From Marsupella aquatica (lineage: Eukaryota; Plantae; Marchantiophyta), in the NCBI GenBank assembly GCA_973895155.1, contig OZ316892.1, positions 25,133,233 to 25,197,232 of the forward strand: DNA of 64,000 nucleotides, in the 5' to 3' direction. The first letter of the stretch is position 1. Every line of letters starts with the position of its first letter. Positions 13,060-26,713 of the stretch are shown here, in pieces. The position numbers and the translations under genes are program-made. Below the pieces are notes generated by a model. It worked only from the letters and a program-made list of their open reading frames with translations, did no database searches and was not told the DNA's origin.

Positions 13060-13960
13060 CACTCCTGATTCGTCTTCGTGACAGGAGTACCAAGGAAAAT
13101 AGTTACGAATACATTTAGCTGAAGCGAGTCGTCAAGAAGGTCAATGTGTTCGTCACATTAGACTCCTACCCTTTGATTCAATATGACACAGCGCTTCCTG
13201 TGACCGAACACATCAGCCACCACTACTCCAATTGTTATATCATAAACAGACACCATAGATATATATGAAGCTCCCACTTCTGACTCGTCTTCGATACCAA
13301 GGAAAATAGCTACAAATACCTTTCGGTGAAGAGAGTCGTGGAGAAGGTTATCATGTGGGTCACTTTCCTACCGTTTGATTCAATGTGACACCGGCGCTCT
13401 CTGCCATCGAACACGCAGCCAGCACTCCTCCCATTGTTACAACGTAAACAGAATCATAGGAGTCCCACTTCTGACTCGTCTTCGTAACAAGAATTCCGAG
13501 AAAATTGGCTAAGAACAACTCTCGGTGATTGAAGAGTGTCGTGAAGAAGGTTATCATGTGGGTCACATTAGGCTCCTACTGTTTAATTCTATATGACACC
13601 AGCGCTGTCATGGAACACGCAGCCAGCACTCCTCCCACAGTTACGACATAAACCGACACCATAGATATATATGAAGGTCCCACTTCTGACTCGACTTCGT
13701 GAAAGGACTACCAAAGAAAATGGCTAAGAACATCTTTCGGTGAAGGGAGTGGTCAAGAAGGTAATTATGGGGGTCACGCATCAGAGTCCTACTATTTGAT
13801 TCAATACGACACCAGCCCTGTCAGTGCTCCTCCCATTGTCCGCGGGTCCCGGCCGAGAAATTAGAGCGCGGGAATCAATCCACAAGCCATTTCCGGCCTT
13901 AGACCTTTCGAAGGACCCTGTGATGCGAACATAAACAGACTGCATATGAAGGTCCCACTC
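13060..13960. repeat. Diverged tandem array, about 200-bp unit x4 plus a partial copy
   Basis: Units start near 13061, 13271, 13463 and 13677. Each has cccacttctgactcgtcttcg...gaaaat(a/g)gcta...gagtcgt..agaaggt...tcaatatgacac...taaaca/cgac. Confidence 0.85.
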
Positions 13961-15825
13961 CCAAATTCCTTACTCAAAGGAGCGTAGGACTAGCCCCAAG
14001 CAATCGTTATTGCACCCAATCGAAAAACACCTTAGAGTATAGGTTCAATAGATACTGTGACCCACGTCGAATTTCTTCAAAGATAGCGCATACACGTAGA
14101 ATGCATCTCGAAATTTAGAAAAATTATCTTCGTAAGATATTGTGGGTCTGTTGTTTTGTTTCCGCACCAAAGAAACTATAAACTTAAAACTGATTTCTGC
14201 CTCTTTTAGCAATCACGTCGCTACATTCACAATAACACGTCAAGAGTCTATGATAATGGTAAGGAAGAAATGTTGTTGGTGATGATGCTCCACAGTCACG
14301 AAGTAGGATAGTGCACTTGATTAGATTCGGGAGTTTAATACGTGAAGGCTCTGACGATTACGTCTATAGACCCAATTGCCTTGACCGACTTAGATTCTGA
14401 AACCTCGATGATACACACGGCCTGCTCTCAGCAGAATAGTAGTGCTACGATGTTTATTACTTCGTCTTCTCTACGGGTAGTTGCCACTCTTTCAAAGAAA
14501 ATAATACACGCTTTCGCTACGTAAATTATTTTCATGGTGGGTCCCTAAGGTCCATTCAGAATTTCCGGTCCGTTTCAAGACAATCGATCATGTTCCAACA
14601 GTGTACAGTTCCAACTGAAACGGTTGAGACACATTTGTACGACGTTCAGTCAGTTCTACAATATTTCGCACTGTTACTTTGTTTCGATTGACAACTGGTC
14701 ATGCGTTGTGATATTGGAAATATTTTAGTCACCTATAAGCGGAGGATTGTACGTGCGTTTCGATCAGTTTTGTTGGAGCATTTCACTAGATGAGAGTGCG
14801 ATATTGAGAAATAGGCTAAGATGAAAGTTGGAATACGTACTAGGTTCTGGACTATTGATGCCGCTACTCGTATCCTCCAATTCCTCACGGATTTACAGCT
14901 GAATTACCATTGTCCTAGTTCAGCGATTGTTCTCAAACTATCGGATTCTCCAAATACCAGCGAGTTCACGGTTAAATCATATACTGTAGGAGGCTTCAAA
15001 AGTTGCAAACCTCTCTAGGATACTGTAGTCGGAAATGTTCGAGACTAGGGACAATAGAGATGTGAAGTTGTCAAGGTACTGACACCAGAATTAGACACAA
15101 TCACTCATTTAGTTTGATGTCCAATAGTGAACAAGTCTGTTGACTACGAATATGGTCCACAAATTCAACAAACATCGAAAATCATTAGATGTGTTGTAGA
15201 CTGATCTAACATGATTTCGTAATTCACCAAACTCCGCCGATCACATGTGTAATGTAGGATTGATCAAAATCGCAGTCCTGATCTTCAAGTTCGACTTCAT
15301 CCCACCTGAGGTAAGCAGAAGTTCGTGACAGTTACGCACAAGAATCATTACATTTCTATGGTCCGATCAATCATTTACAAAATTAGGCAACCATAAGTCG
15401 TATCAAGATGGGTACCGTAATCGACTGTAGAATAAAGCCTGCCTTATGCTGTCGACACCTACCTTCCCTATATATCCCTAGCTAGCATGTCCCTTCATCA
15501 CGGGATATTCAAAAATGTATATGCTCAGGTCTCCTCTAAACCTACAAAATTGTTATCACTCCGTGTGAGATATCGTATTGTACATGGCCACCGTCTGGTG
15601 ATAACCTAGTGGCTATCCTGCCTTGATTACGTAGGCAGGACCAAAATAATAGGTGCCCTATAATTTCTCACAACGTACATGGCTGGTATGCGACCTGTAG
15701 CGAGTTCAGCCTGCCAGCCATGAAATAGATTGACTTCAAACATAACTACAATTCCATTAGAACGCACTGTCGACGAATCGGTCAGTTGAGCTTCTCTTGT
15801 TCAATAGTTGCGGCGTGCACTATAA

Positions 15826-17589
15826 TTACACTGCAACTCTTCTCTTCGGTACCACTGTCAAAGGATGAACCATTTCGGATGACAGTTTCAAAGTCTCCGT
15901 CAGGTTCACGGGGTGCGAGTCGTCTGCTTTCCACTCAAATTCGTAAAGAAGTCTCGCAACCCACAATGAAACAGTCGACATTCCGAGTGCCCGTCCGGGA
16001 CAAACCCTCCTACCGGCTCCGAATGGTGCGAGCCTTGGATCACTACCCTTCACGTCGAAATCCACACCCCCTTCGGTTGCCACAAAGCGCTGCGGCAGAA
16101 ATTCTGAAGGCCGTTCCCAAACCGAGGGATCGTGCGTAATTGCGTGCATGTTAACCATTGCGGTCGTCCCCTTCGGCACATGGTATCCGGCAACACAGAC
16201 ATCCTGGGTGCTCAACCGAGCCCACGAAAGGAGGGGGCCTGGAGGATGTAGCCGGAGAGTTTCCTTAATGACAGCCTGAAGGTAAGGAAGGCCGGCAATC
16301 CGTGCATCGGTAATTCCAAAACCTCGGCAGACAACTTCTTCTACTTCCGACCTCACTTTCATCTGGATGTCGGTATTAAGGACAAGCTCCGCCAAAACCC
16401 ACTCCGTGAGAATGGCCGTGGTGTCAGTTCCGCGGAAAATCATCTCCTGCAACATTAAAAGTCGATCAGAATTAATCTTGGAACGTAAGTGAATCAAGAA
16501 GCATTGTACTAAAGCAACAACATTTAGTACTGAAAAAGTAGCGACTAATGACAACTGTGAAGGACAATCAGTCGAGAAGTAACATACCCAAAGGACGGAA
16601 ATCATATCCGGGTCGGAAAGTTTCTCATCTCCTTCCATTCCGAGCAATACATCTACGAAATCGCTGGCAGCAGCATCGTCGGGAGAGGAGGATTTTCTTT
16701 CCCGATGCTCATCAATGATATGTTGAACATATGCAACCACCTTTGGAACTAGCTCCGCGCATCTGCCATGGACGTTCTGGGGGTCCAATCTCTGAAGAAT
16801 GGGCAAATGATCAGCCCAGTTGAAGGCTCCAAGCACCTCGAACCCCTCTCTAACCATCGCCTGTAATTCGGCCGCTTCATCACTGAAGTCAAAATCGTAC
16901 CTCCTCCCAAAGACGCTTCCAATGATATTGTTTAATGCCGCATGTTGCAGGAACGGACGGACCTCGACACTACCATCCATGTCGGAAATGGAATTGATCA
17001 TCCGTGAGCACTCATCCTGTCGTGCCGCCTCATGCCCAGCAATGCGCTTTGGCGAGAAGAGATGATTTGCAGCAATCCTTCGGAGGATTCTCCAGTACTC
17101 TCCCTGAGGTGCAAAACCAATGGCGCGAGAGAACAAAAGCTGTTGAGCTGACTGCTTGATGGGACGATCAGAAAATGCAGAGCTGTGGAGGATCTCCCGA
17201 GCAGTAGCCGGAGTGCTTGCAACCACATATCTAGTGCTACCCATGCTGAGTGCCATCAACGGACGAGCGCAATGCTCCTCTGCCAACTCGGCCAGCCTGC
17301 GATGGGCTTGCCCACCCATAGACATCAAACTTCCAACGACAGGAATCCCTCTCGGACCAGGAATCGGCTTCTTTCCTCTATATAGTGCCCACGAGGATCC
17401 TCCAGGCCCAGCCCAGAAGAGCAATATCATCAACGCACTGACGAAACCCAACGCTAAATAGATCATGCAACCACCGAGCAACGACTCACCATTCTCTGTG
17501 AGCGTCGCCCTGCCCTGCTTTGCTAACATGGGGACGGCGAATAACCATAACCCTCCTGCCCCAGCGCTCACAGCTTCTACAACGTCCAT
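15826..17589 (-). CDS. CYP78A: Cytochrome P450, CYP78 family (KLUH/PLA1-like), about 540 aa. Exons 17589-16588 and 16446-15826
   Basis: CYP78 signatures: GPGGxxW, IPGPRGxP, AIGFAPxGEYWR, AFNWADHLP, WEMIFRGTDT (I-helix), KETLRLHPPGPLLSWARL, and heme motif PFGAGRRVCPG. Intron 16587-16447 (GTATGT...TTGCAG) sits at the SVLW|EMIF position. The first ATG is at 17589; the ORF-track start is GTG after an acceptor-like CAG. Confidence 0.95.
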   Translation of the reverse strand: MDVVEAVSAGAGGLWLFAVPMLAKQGRATLTENGESLLGGCMIYLALGFVSALMILLFWAGPGGSSWALYRGKKPIPGPRGIPVVGSLMSMGGQAHRRLAELAEEHCARPLMALSMGSTRYVVASTPATAREILHSSAFSDRPIKQSAQQLLFSRAIGFAPQGEYWRILRRIAANHLFSPKRIAGHEAARQDECSRMINSISDMDGSVEVRPFLQHAALNNIIGSVFGRRYDFDFSDEAAELQAMVREGFEVLGAFNWADHLPILQRLDPQNVHGRCAELVPKVVAYVQHIIDEHRERKSSSPDDAAASDFVDVLLGMEGDEKLSDPDMISVLWVCYFSTDCPSQLSLVATFSVLNVVALVQCFLIHLRSKINSDRLLMLQEMIFRGTDTTAILTEWVLAELVLNTDIQMKVRSEVEEVVCRGFGITDARIAGLPYLQAVIKETLRLHPPGPLLSWARLSTQDVCVAGYHVPKGTTAMVNMHAITHDPSVWERPSEFLPQRFVATEGGVDFDVKGSDPRLAPFGAGRRVCPGRALGMSTVSLWVARLLYEFEWKADDSHPVNLTETLKLSSEMVHPLTVVPKRRVAV

Positions 17590-20500
17590 AACTGAAGCGA
17601 TCACAAATTCCAATTCACAACGAGGCAGGTCCTGAATTTGTTCAGTCACCTGAGCATACAGATCCTACTCGATAGCCTTTCACTCAGAGCAACTGATTCG
17701 CTCGCCAAAAGATTAGCTAGACGACCTCGTCGCCGCAGTTTGCAGTTTCAAGGAACTTGGGACGACTCTACTCGACCACTAAATTTCAAATTGCACTACT
17801 AACTCAAGTAGAACGCACTCTCTAGCTACCAACAGAGGAAGACAGGGAAAACAGGCACAGGTGAGAGCATGGAATTAGCGAACTTCCAGTCACACTATTC
17901 CGTGAAAAGTTCCAGGTTGAACTTCCGAGACCCAATGTAGACACACTAACCTTCCAATCCGCTACCGCGTGAAGGTTCAGCTGAAACCTTTGAGACCAAA
18001 TTCAAATCTCTGAGGAAGCAAGGAAAGAAAATTTCGCTACCCGGGGATCGCTGGAGCACGAAGTGCTGAGAGTGGTGTCCGACCAAAGTTGGATATTCAG
18101 AGTGGAGAATCCTTTAAACGACCCAATGAGAGAGTAAATAGAAAAGCTGGGGGCGCAAAAGCAGTGGAGTAGGGCGCTGTCTCTCACGTGTGAGCCGCCG
18201 TTCTATCTTGTCAGCCACCACCGGAACTCTGGCGCAGAGTTTTCTCACGACGATCGGTGAGTGGGATTCATTGAAGTGGGGGCTTCTGCAGCAACGGCGG
18301 TGGTACAAATAACGGAGGTGCCCCGGACCTTCTCCCAAAAGCATGCCAGGCCGGTTCACTGGATGCCGTGCCTCCAAACACGTACAGGCATCAAGAAACC
18401 AATCCTAAATAACAGAAGCACAACACCACTACTTGTACTCTCAACGCTTGTGCCACACCATCTACAACTTACTAAACCATGCCAAGTCTGCCTGTGATCA
18501 TTTGGCACCCTGAACAGTTTGGAATTTCAAGGCAGGAAGGAAGGGGCTGATTGCCGTGGGGCAGACAAAATATAGTACAGATGGAAGATCTATAGTAACT
18601 GTCCTCTAGACGTAGACTTAGATACTTACTGTAGACTGAACAGAAATCGACTTGCTCGGAATTGTGAGGTGGGATTAGACTGTCATCACACAGCGCCACC
18701 CCTGATCGGTCAGATTTATACTTTTGCAATTTGGTTCTGCTTAGAGTGGATCGGTCAGAAAACTACAGTACCGTCCTGTTCTAATGATCAGGCATTCAGG
18801 TGTTGGGTTTCTGTGAACTGGTCAGAAATCTCATTGGGCGGCAAGAAGTCAGGCTTAGATTGGCCAGAGATCCAAGCTCCTTAGACGGCCACGTCTCAGG
18901 CAGAGTAACCTTCATAATAATGGAAACAAAACTGTGGCGGAATTATGCCAACAGCAAAGTAATTTTCTTTCAAGATCCTTCAGTATATGATGAGATGGGA
19001 TCTGTAAAATCTGCCGAATGAGTTACACTCCTAGATCTCGATGCCAACGCTCCTCGACAGAGAATGTTTGCATCGATTTTTAATTATGGATTTTAATTAT
19101 GTCCTCTTCTGTTGCAATTGGGATTCCCCACCGGTCAGCACCAACGCCTTTTGTGCTGAATAAACCTATTCTTATTAAACTTATGAGTGGCGAACGTTTC
19201 TGAAAACGCTTTGCCAAAAAGTACCAAAATTGATTTGCACCAGATTTATCGTCCAACTTCTCATTTTAGAAACGTTTTGTGGATGATTTTGCTCTCATTG
19301 CACATTTCAGTAAAATCCTGCACCATTCATATGTGGTTAAGAAGATTTATGAATGATTTTATTTTATGTCTTACTTTCGTCAATGACTTTTTGCAAATAG
19401 GTATAGTGAGTTTGAGAATATTTACTGCAGAAAATAATGTGTGTCGTCTTTCTACTAGCTCTGAGCCCTGTTAGTTGCACCAATTCCTGAATGAATTATT
19501 TAATTGCCAGACACACAAAATAATGTTTTGGCATGTACTACTAATCTCAACATGTTTATGTTCATTTTAGGCTAGCTTTTCTTGAAGCTAAGAAACTGTG
19601 GCACCTGTAGGCAAGGAGAGGCAAATAAGGGGTGGTGGAGTCAGGCAGGTGGATGAAACTCAGTCCCCAGAGTTACATGTAGTCTACAGCAAGGGAGGAC
19701 AGTGGGCAATGGCCTGTGGGCAGGGTGAATGCAGTAAACCCACAACAAAATTTGTTTCACTGTTTGTTTTGGCCAAAACCTCATTCCAAAACTGTCACTA
19801 CAAACAGTGAAACAAGCGTGGTTGTGGGTACAGAGCTGGAAAGAATCACATCATGGAAAAATGGTTATGTGAGGATGATAGTAGCCCTCAATGATGAAAA
19901 GTGAAGGATCATTCCAAACTAATTGGTTTTTATGTTAGATTAGTACATGACCACCTTTTCCATCCGTTCAAACGAACAAGAGTTACTATGTAATTAGACA
20001 AAAATGATTTATCTGATTCTGCCAAAAAGAGTGACAATGTAATAACTCTCATATACAAGTAATTCTTGAACACAACGTCAAATCTCGAACACTATGAACC
20101 TCACTTCTCATACACAACCCCAGTCCGACTAAAAGCAAATGTCCTTTCCAGAACGTGAACGCAATGCTCACACAATTCCTTGAATCATGGTACACTTGTT
20201 TCACAATAGAAACCAAAGAATTGACCCATTCCCCCCTTTTGTGCACTTTACACAAAAATTAATTTATTCATTAAAAGTGAATTATTATTGAATTTATGAA
20301 CATTTGGGCAATAGAAAGTGTACATTTGGCCTTCAAAAAATGTACAATTAGGCAAGAAACAAAGTTGATGGCCATCACATGTAACACCATGTTCATCCTT
20401 TGTAAATGAACTAGGATGAAACTCCTTCTAGTCAAGATCATTTTTGTCACCTCAAGTTTACAATTGATCATTTAGGTGTGGAGTATTCTACCATAGTGTA

Positions 20501-21409
20501 CCTTTTGGGTTTAAAAAGTGTACATTTAGAGACCAAATAGTGAACATTTAGAGGCCTAAAAGTGAACAAAATAAAGTACACTTTTAATGAATAGGGTGAT
20601 AAAATGAGAAAAACTTGACAAGGGTGCCACCTGACTTTGAACAGTGACACAGGGCTGCATCCACACTTTATGGGCACCAAGTTCAAACATGTGGTCCTCT
20701 AGGGACCTTTCCCTTTTCTTCCTCTCATTGTACTCCCGGGAAACCCATTTCACTAAAATGTTCTCTCCATTCGTTTGTGGGCACCACATTGAACCTTGCT
20801 AACAAACTTTTGATTCCTTTTTTGATCCATCACTCAACGAGAACTTTAGAGCAAACAATAATCGATAGATCCCTCTTTTGGTCACTTTATGTCTGACTAC
20901 ACTATCTATATAATATTGTAAAAGAGCAAAAAAAGCCACCTGGAGATGGGCCCCACAGGCAAGAAACTCAATAGGGGAGAAAGCAATCCTGGCTAGGGAA
21001 AATCTCAGGAAGACCAAAGAGCCAAAATTAACCAAGAGGCTAACCCACAAATCCAAACAAAGGGGAAAAAAACCCTATTGACTAGCAAACTGAAGAGCTT
21101 GGTAGAGCTCCAGAGTAAATTGCATAGGAGAGTTGCAAAGAGGAATGGCTAGTAGCCACAAAACAACCGCCTTTGGCCCTACAAAGAATAGTGAATGCTT
21201 GATCTTTCTCTTGAGCAATTGACACTTCTCTTTGGAGAACTTTTGTAAGACATGCACTAAAACTCCCATAACCTTTACATATAGGTTCACTGCTGTAAGG
21301 TTTTGTTGACACTTATACTATGATCTTGGATTGGGATTTTGTCTGGGCAGATTCATTCCATGATTATGCTCCAACTATTCATGAACTCGCAGGTAGGAAT
21401 AAATCAAAC

Positions 21410-21703
21410 CTCAGGGGTTTCACTTTCACAAAAATGGTACATCACATGCGATGAAGTATAGGGTCATTCTATTGATTTGAAAAGAAGACTTAAGAATTTT
21501 CTGAAAAGAACAATAGGGTCTTTTAAATCCAATTTTGAGACTTATAAGAACATTAGAGTCCTTATAACCCAAATTTTAGAATATTCCATGAATATTCAAA
21601 ATTTATAGGGGTTGGAAAAAATATTTTTTCTTACATTTTAGGGTGTCCAGGGCCTAAAAACATTGCAGGTGATGGGGAGGCATCCATATAGTGAGCCCCC
21701 GAG
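21410..21703. mobile_element. MITE with 8-bp TSD (hAT-like), copy 1
   Basis: TIRs ctcaggggtttcact / agtgagcccccgag. TSD AATCAAAC at 21402-21409 and 21704-21711. Homologous along its length to 40831-41102. Confidence 0.85.
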
Positions 21704-21977
21704 AATCAAACAATTCATGCCCAAAATGCAAGCTCCTTCCTTATTTTAAGCTAAATTGAGATGCAACCACCCCTTTAGAAATTACATGCGTCTTGGATAT
21801 GGTTTCATGTGCAATTTCAGCACCAGAATTTATGAGCGAAAACAGACCAATATTAAGCAAATTGTGTGGCCATAATCAAAACAAAATCTTTGCTAGGCGT
21901 TTACACTTGGTTCTAGAGTTACCCCATAATAGTAGTTATGTATTTGATCAAGGTTAGATATTTTACCTAATATATAC

Positions 21978-22976
21978 GAGATATATGCTTGATGGGCCCC
22001 CTGGTGAACCTTTCTTACTTGATGGGCCCCTAGGGAACTTTTTTTACCAAGTAGGACCCCTCTTAATGACCAGTACACCTGTTCTTGTGTGGTGCCTACA
22101 CCTGTCCTTGTGTGGTGTCTACTATGTATGGTGACTCCAAGCAAACTGCACAGTTCAACCGTGCAGTCAACCTTGCATGGTCGACCGAGAAACCACGGAG
22201 ATGATTCAGGAGAAACCACGAAAAGCGACTTCCGCTGTCAAAACTATGATTTGAAGACAATATGCATTAAATGTCTTCGGATTCAATGGGTTAAAGCCTG
22301 AAGACTCAATGGATTATGTCTTCCCGTGTTTCAAGGTTTAGGGTTTAGGGTGTACCCGACACTTTTGGGTCTGTCTTCTTTGGAAATTGTTTGTATGCAT
22401 TACATAGGGGAGTATTACCATTTTTGGAGCGCATTTGTCAACCATTTGCCAATTTTTGTTGTGGCGGCAGTAGGCAAATTCCGAACATTGAACTTGAATA
22501 TTCTTTGTGGACATTTGGAGGTACCCCACACTGACGTTGACAGTCATGCATGAAAACATCGTGAAAAACCCATGTGCGCAACGTGAAAAACATAGCTAAT
22601 AACTACCCCACGATACGGTAAAAATTTGAACCCGAAGACATAATCCATTGTGTCTTTAGGCATTAACCCAGTGAATCCGAAGACATAATGCATATTGTCT
22701 TCAAATCGCAGATTCGGCAGCGGCAGTCGCTTTTCGCGGTTGCTCCCAAATCATCTCCGTGGTTTCTCGGTCGACCATGCAAGGTTGACCGCACATTCAA
22801 CTGTGCAGTTTGCTTGGAGTCACCATACATAGTAGGCACCACACAAGGACAGGTGTAGGCACCACACAAGAACATGTGTACTGGTCATTAAGAGGGGTCC
22901 TACTTGGTAAAAAAAGTTCCCTAGGGGCCCATCAGGTAAGAAAGGTTCACCAGGGGGGCCATCAAGCATGTATCTC
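21978..22976. mobile_element. Non-autonomous Mutator-like (MULE) foldback element, 999 bp, with about 345-bp TIRs and a 10-bp TSD
   Basis: 21978-~22324 is the near-identical reverse complement of ~22632-22976 (the mirrored ORFs in the track reflect this). Termini are GAGATA...TATCTC. TSD TAATATATAC at 21968-21977 and 22977-22986. Long TIRs with a 9-11 bp TSD are characteristic of Mutator. Confidence 0.9.
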
Positions 22977-25375
22977 TAATATATACATAAGCATGAGTTA
23001 GCTTGTGGGTGGAACTTATTATGCTCATTGTTAAGGCATTGTTTTAGAGATCATAGTTAGAGAGAGGTGAATCTCATATCTATTGTAGCCATCAACTACT
23101 TGCTTGTTAGATGTTTCACATGTGTGTGTTGCTTGTGATAGGTCCATTGTTCAGCAATCCCAACAAAAACAAATTAACCACTTGCTAACTCAAAAGGCTA
23201 CATGTCTCAAAATTTACAAAGTAGTTACACAAACCCCGTGGCAAAGTTATTCTTGACATTAACAAAATTTAAGGTAAAAATTTTTTTGGATGGCAATCAC
23301 AGCATGTGACTGTTATTAGAAGTATGGTCTATACTATACCCTATTTTCACCCAAGTGCAGGCAATGGGTGCCCCAAGAGCCCGGAAGTCCGTCATGTTTC
23401 AAGAGCATTTTCTCGGCGGTCTCTCTAGATACTGGCCTCCAAAACCCTGTACATTTTACTTTGTTTTCTTTGGACACAAACGGGACTAAAGTGCTAAGTT
23501 TGAGTCACAAAATGGATGGATATATAATGCTTGATGGGACCAATAGATAGGGCGCATCAGTCTCCCATAAGCAAGGTCTTATATATATGGCTGACCTTTT
23601 GAGTGTATGATCCTGGATTATGGGGCATGCAAATAGGTAGCACGTAAGGTTTTTGTCCTTGTCAATAAACCATTTTATGTCCATGGGCCGTACCTCACTT
23701 GCAGCCCTATTCTGACAAGGTCTAATGTCTCCCATGTTGCACGGGCCCCTTCTAAGAAACCCAACCCTAGTACACTTGCCTGCCTACCTATGTGGACAAA
23801 GCCGAGGCAGAGTTACCTATATTGATACCAGAGTGGCAGCAATCCGGACAGTAATCCCGACAATAATCCTGGCAGTAATCCTGCCGGATGGGTAGGCTGC
23901 AATAGTGGCCACAGCCTATTTAATTGTCTGATCTTTAACCATGGAAGTGTTTACTGACTCTTTGTTTTGCATTCCCGAACACAATAAAAGAACACCATCA
24001 TCACTTAACACAATCATCAATACCGGAGTATTTCATATGTCCAATGTTATATTAAACTTTTTTGGGAGTGACTATTGTGTAAAACATGTATGACATAATA
24101 ACCCATATTAATTTGGGGCACCCGTACCCTCACCTGTTTTTTTGTGCCAAGAATGCTACAAAGCATTCTTATGTGGACCAAAGATGTTGCGGGTATGACG
24201 GACACACTCTTGTGGCAGTCCTTGGTTGCAGGGTCATGTTGTTGCTAAATATCATCGATTCATAGTTGTGTCTCTATCATGTCAGTGTCGGGTCACTCCC
24301 ATGTCATGGCCTTGAGGAAGGTCCCTTCACAGATAAATTCATGGTTGCGTCACTCTCACACCCGCTCTCACATCATGGCCTTGACATGAGCATTGCAATC
24401 TGATGGGAACGGTTTAACGAGAAAAGCGTACCAGTCTGGAATGTGTGAAGGTGAGATGATGGCAATTGTTCTTGGCATTTTGTTAAATTTAGTGATGATG
24501 GGATGTGTTGGCACATAATCATGGCAAAGTTTCAGGAAATACATTTTCAATGTTGCACTGCAGTGGGCCCAGTTTAGCTTGAACGCCTGGTTCAAGCCCC
24601 TGGTTTCAAGGGAATTGGCCAACATTCATTTCAATTTTGTTGATAGACACTCTAGCTGTCCAGAATCTTGACAACTTGTTTAACAAGCAACTTTTGCTCT
24701 GACTCTTAACACCTTGGATATTAGAATTCACCTACATATGGCCAAGTTGGGGTGAATTGACTGTTATTTAGGCATAAACCCAGGGTGAATTTAGCTGTCT
24801 TTTGATTGAGCTAATCATGATTCAAATAGGGGCTGAAATTGTCGAAAATTTTGGGGATGTACTTCCCTCTAAGTCACGGGCAGTTGTACTTGAGCAGAGT
24901 GAGACAACTTGTTGGTGAAAGTCTAAGTCATAGGCAGTTGTGCTGAAGCAGAATTGGAGACAACTTGTTGGTGCATGAAAGGGACAGAATTAATGGAGAT
25001 AGGAATGAATCGGATAATGTGAATTGAGAATGATACTTAATAAATTGGGTAACAGCAGATTGGAGGACATTCCCTTGAATGGTTCATTCATTTGATCAGC
25101 CAAAAGTAGAGATTGGGGCAAAAATTATAGTAATTATATAAAAGTTAGACTATAGAAGTGGCCCTTGTGCAAGGCAGTACACCACTTGATAAAACTGACA
25201 AAAAAATACCTGATGTGTTCACAAGAAGTTCCAGCCCATCCCAGTCCATTAGTGGGAGTTCAGCTCAACTCACTTGGAAAGGACATTGCTTATTTTGAAC
25301 TCAGTTTTAGAATGACTAGCCTGAGTACATGTGCACATGCATAAGAAGGCTCCCTGTACACAGACTCACCATGCC

Positions 25376-25590
25376 CATCCCTACCCACAAGTATAGTCTA
25401 ATTATCAAAAAAATGTTATGGACCGTAACATCCCTACCCACAAGCTAGTATAGTCTAATTATCAAAAAAATGTTATGGACCGTAACATCCGTACCCACAA
25501 GTATAGTCTAATTATCAAAAAAATGTTATGGACCGTAACATCCCTACCCACAAGTATAGTCTAATTATCAAAAAAATGTTATGGACCGTA
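25376..25590. repeat. Minisatellite, about 53-bp unit x4
   Basis: catccctacccacaagtatagtctaattatcaaaaaaatgttatggaccgta repeats four times, nearly identically. Confidence 0.92.
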
Positions 25591-26680
25591 GAGAAACTAC
25601 GGATTATGGTTTCACTGTAGAAAGTAGGTCATGAAGGAGTAGGTGGGTCGGTAACTTTGATCACAAATTATAGTATAGAATATTCATCACATGAGAAATT
25701 CTTGTAGGGAAATAAAAATAACATGGGCTAAATAGGAGAGGCTCGGGGTCTCTTCATAATTAAGTTTCATTAATTTTCATGCTTTGAGGGTCCAAAGTCC
25801 TACCAAAAAACCTTTCGTAAACAAGCATAGAGTAAACAAATGTTTTGGGGGGAAATCTACCCATGGTTGGCTGCACTGGCTGTCCTGCCTGACCGGGGGA
25901 GCTATCAAACTATACAAAATTAGAAGGTGTCTATGGGAGCTACAATAGATTGGAACCCACATTCTTGGTTCATTCATTCCCTTAGCCCAAAACAAACAAT
26001 GGGACTAACATGATGAGAATAATATTAATAATGCACTGAATTAGACAAACCCTCCAAAAAGGTGGGATCATGACTGTGAACACACAACAAGCCTCCATCA
26101 CGCATCTTGCATTGGCCTGTGCCCTCACCCTTGAATGTTGGGATAACAATCATCAGAAAGCATGGCACAACATCACATGAAACTAGCGTATAACATACAA
26201 ATGAATGACTATTGACACAAACATGTGTTGGTTGTCCTGGTCTGATGCCCACAATGTAGAGACATCATTAGAGTGCACTAACATTGTAAATATACCAATT
26301 TATTGTGGCAACCCACAAGTTGTTTATTGATGCAAACCTAATCTACTCTAAGCTCCAAACTGAAACTCATAGATCAATGGTCTATTAGTATGAGCACCTA
26401 CAACTCTATGTACCCCCGAAGCTATTGGCTCTCTCCACTTATAATCTAACCTCCACAACCCTTAATTGTGGATAAGAAATGCTCCAATTAACCTAACCAC
26501 ATACTAGAGGTAAGTTCCAACATTGCCTTCCCAGATATAGCATTGACATAAATAAGGACAATTCTGCAACAACTGCCCAATCAAACAATATAACTTTTCA
26601 CCCATGAATGCGATGTTAAAATAAAACTAGAGAGCACAATGTTATATGAAACTTGGGTACAATATACAATGAATATCAAA

Positions 26681-26707
<27 letters not shown>
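26681..26707. repeat. (AC)n microsatellite
   Basis: An uninterrupted acacac run. Confidence 0.95.

Positions 26708-26713
<6 letters not shown>

Noticed and set aside
21893-23001. Pairs of similar ORFs on opposite strands suggesting a duplicated gene
   Set aside because: Artefacts of the inverted arms of the MULE element.
25376-25590. Regular repeats resembling a CRISPR array (also 29910-30490, 31385-31552, 53019-53178)
   Set aside because: Units are head-to-tail with no unique spacers, there are no cas genes, and the context is eukaryotic. These are minisatellites.
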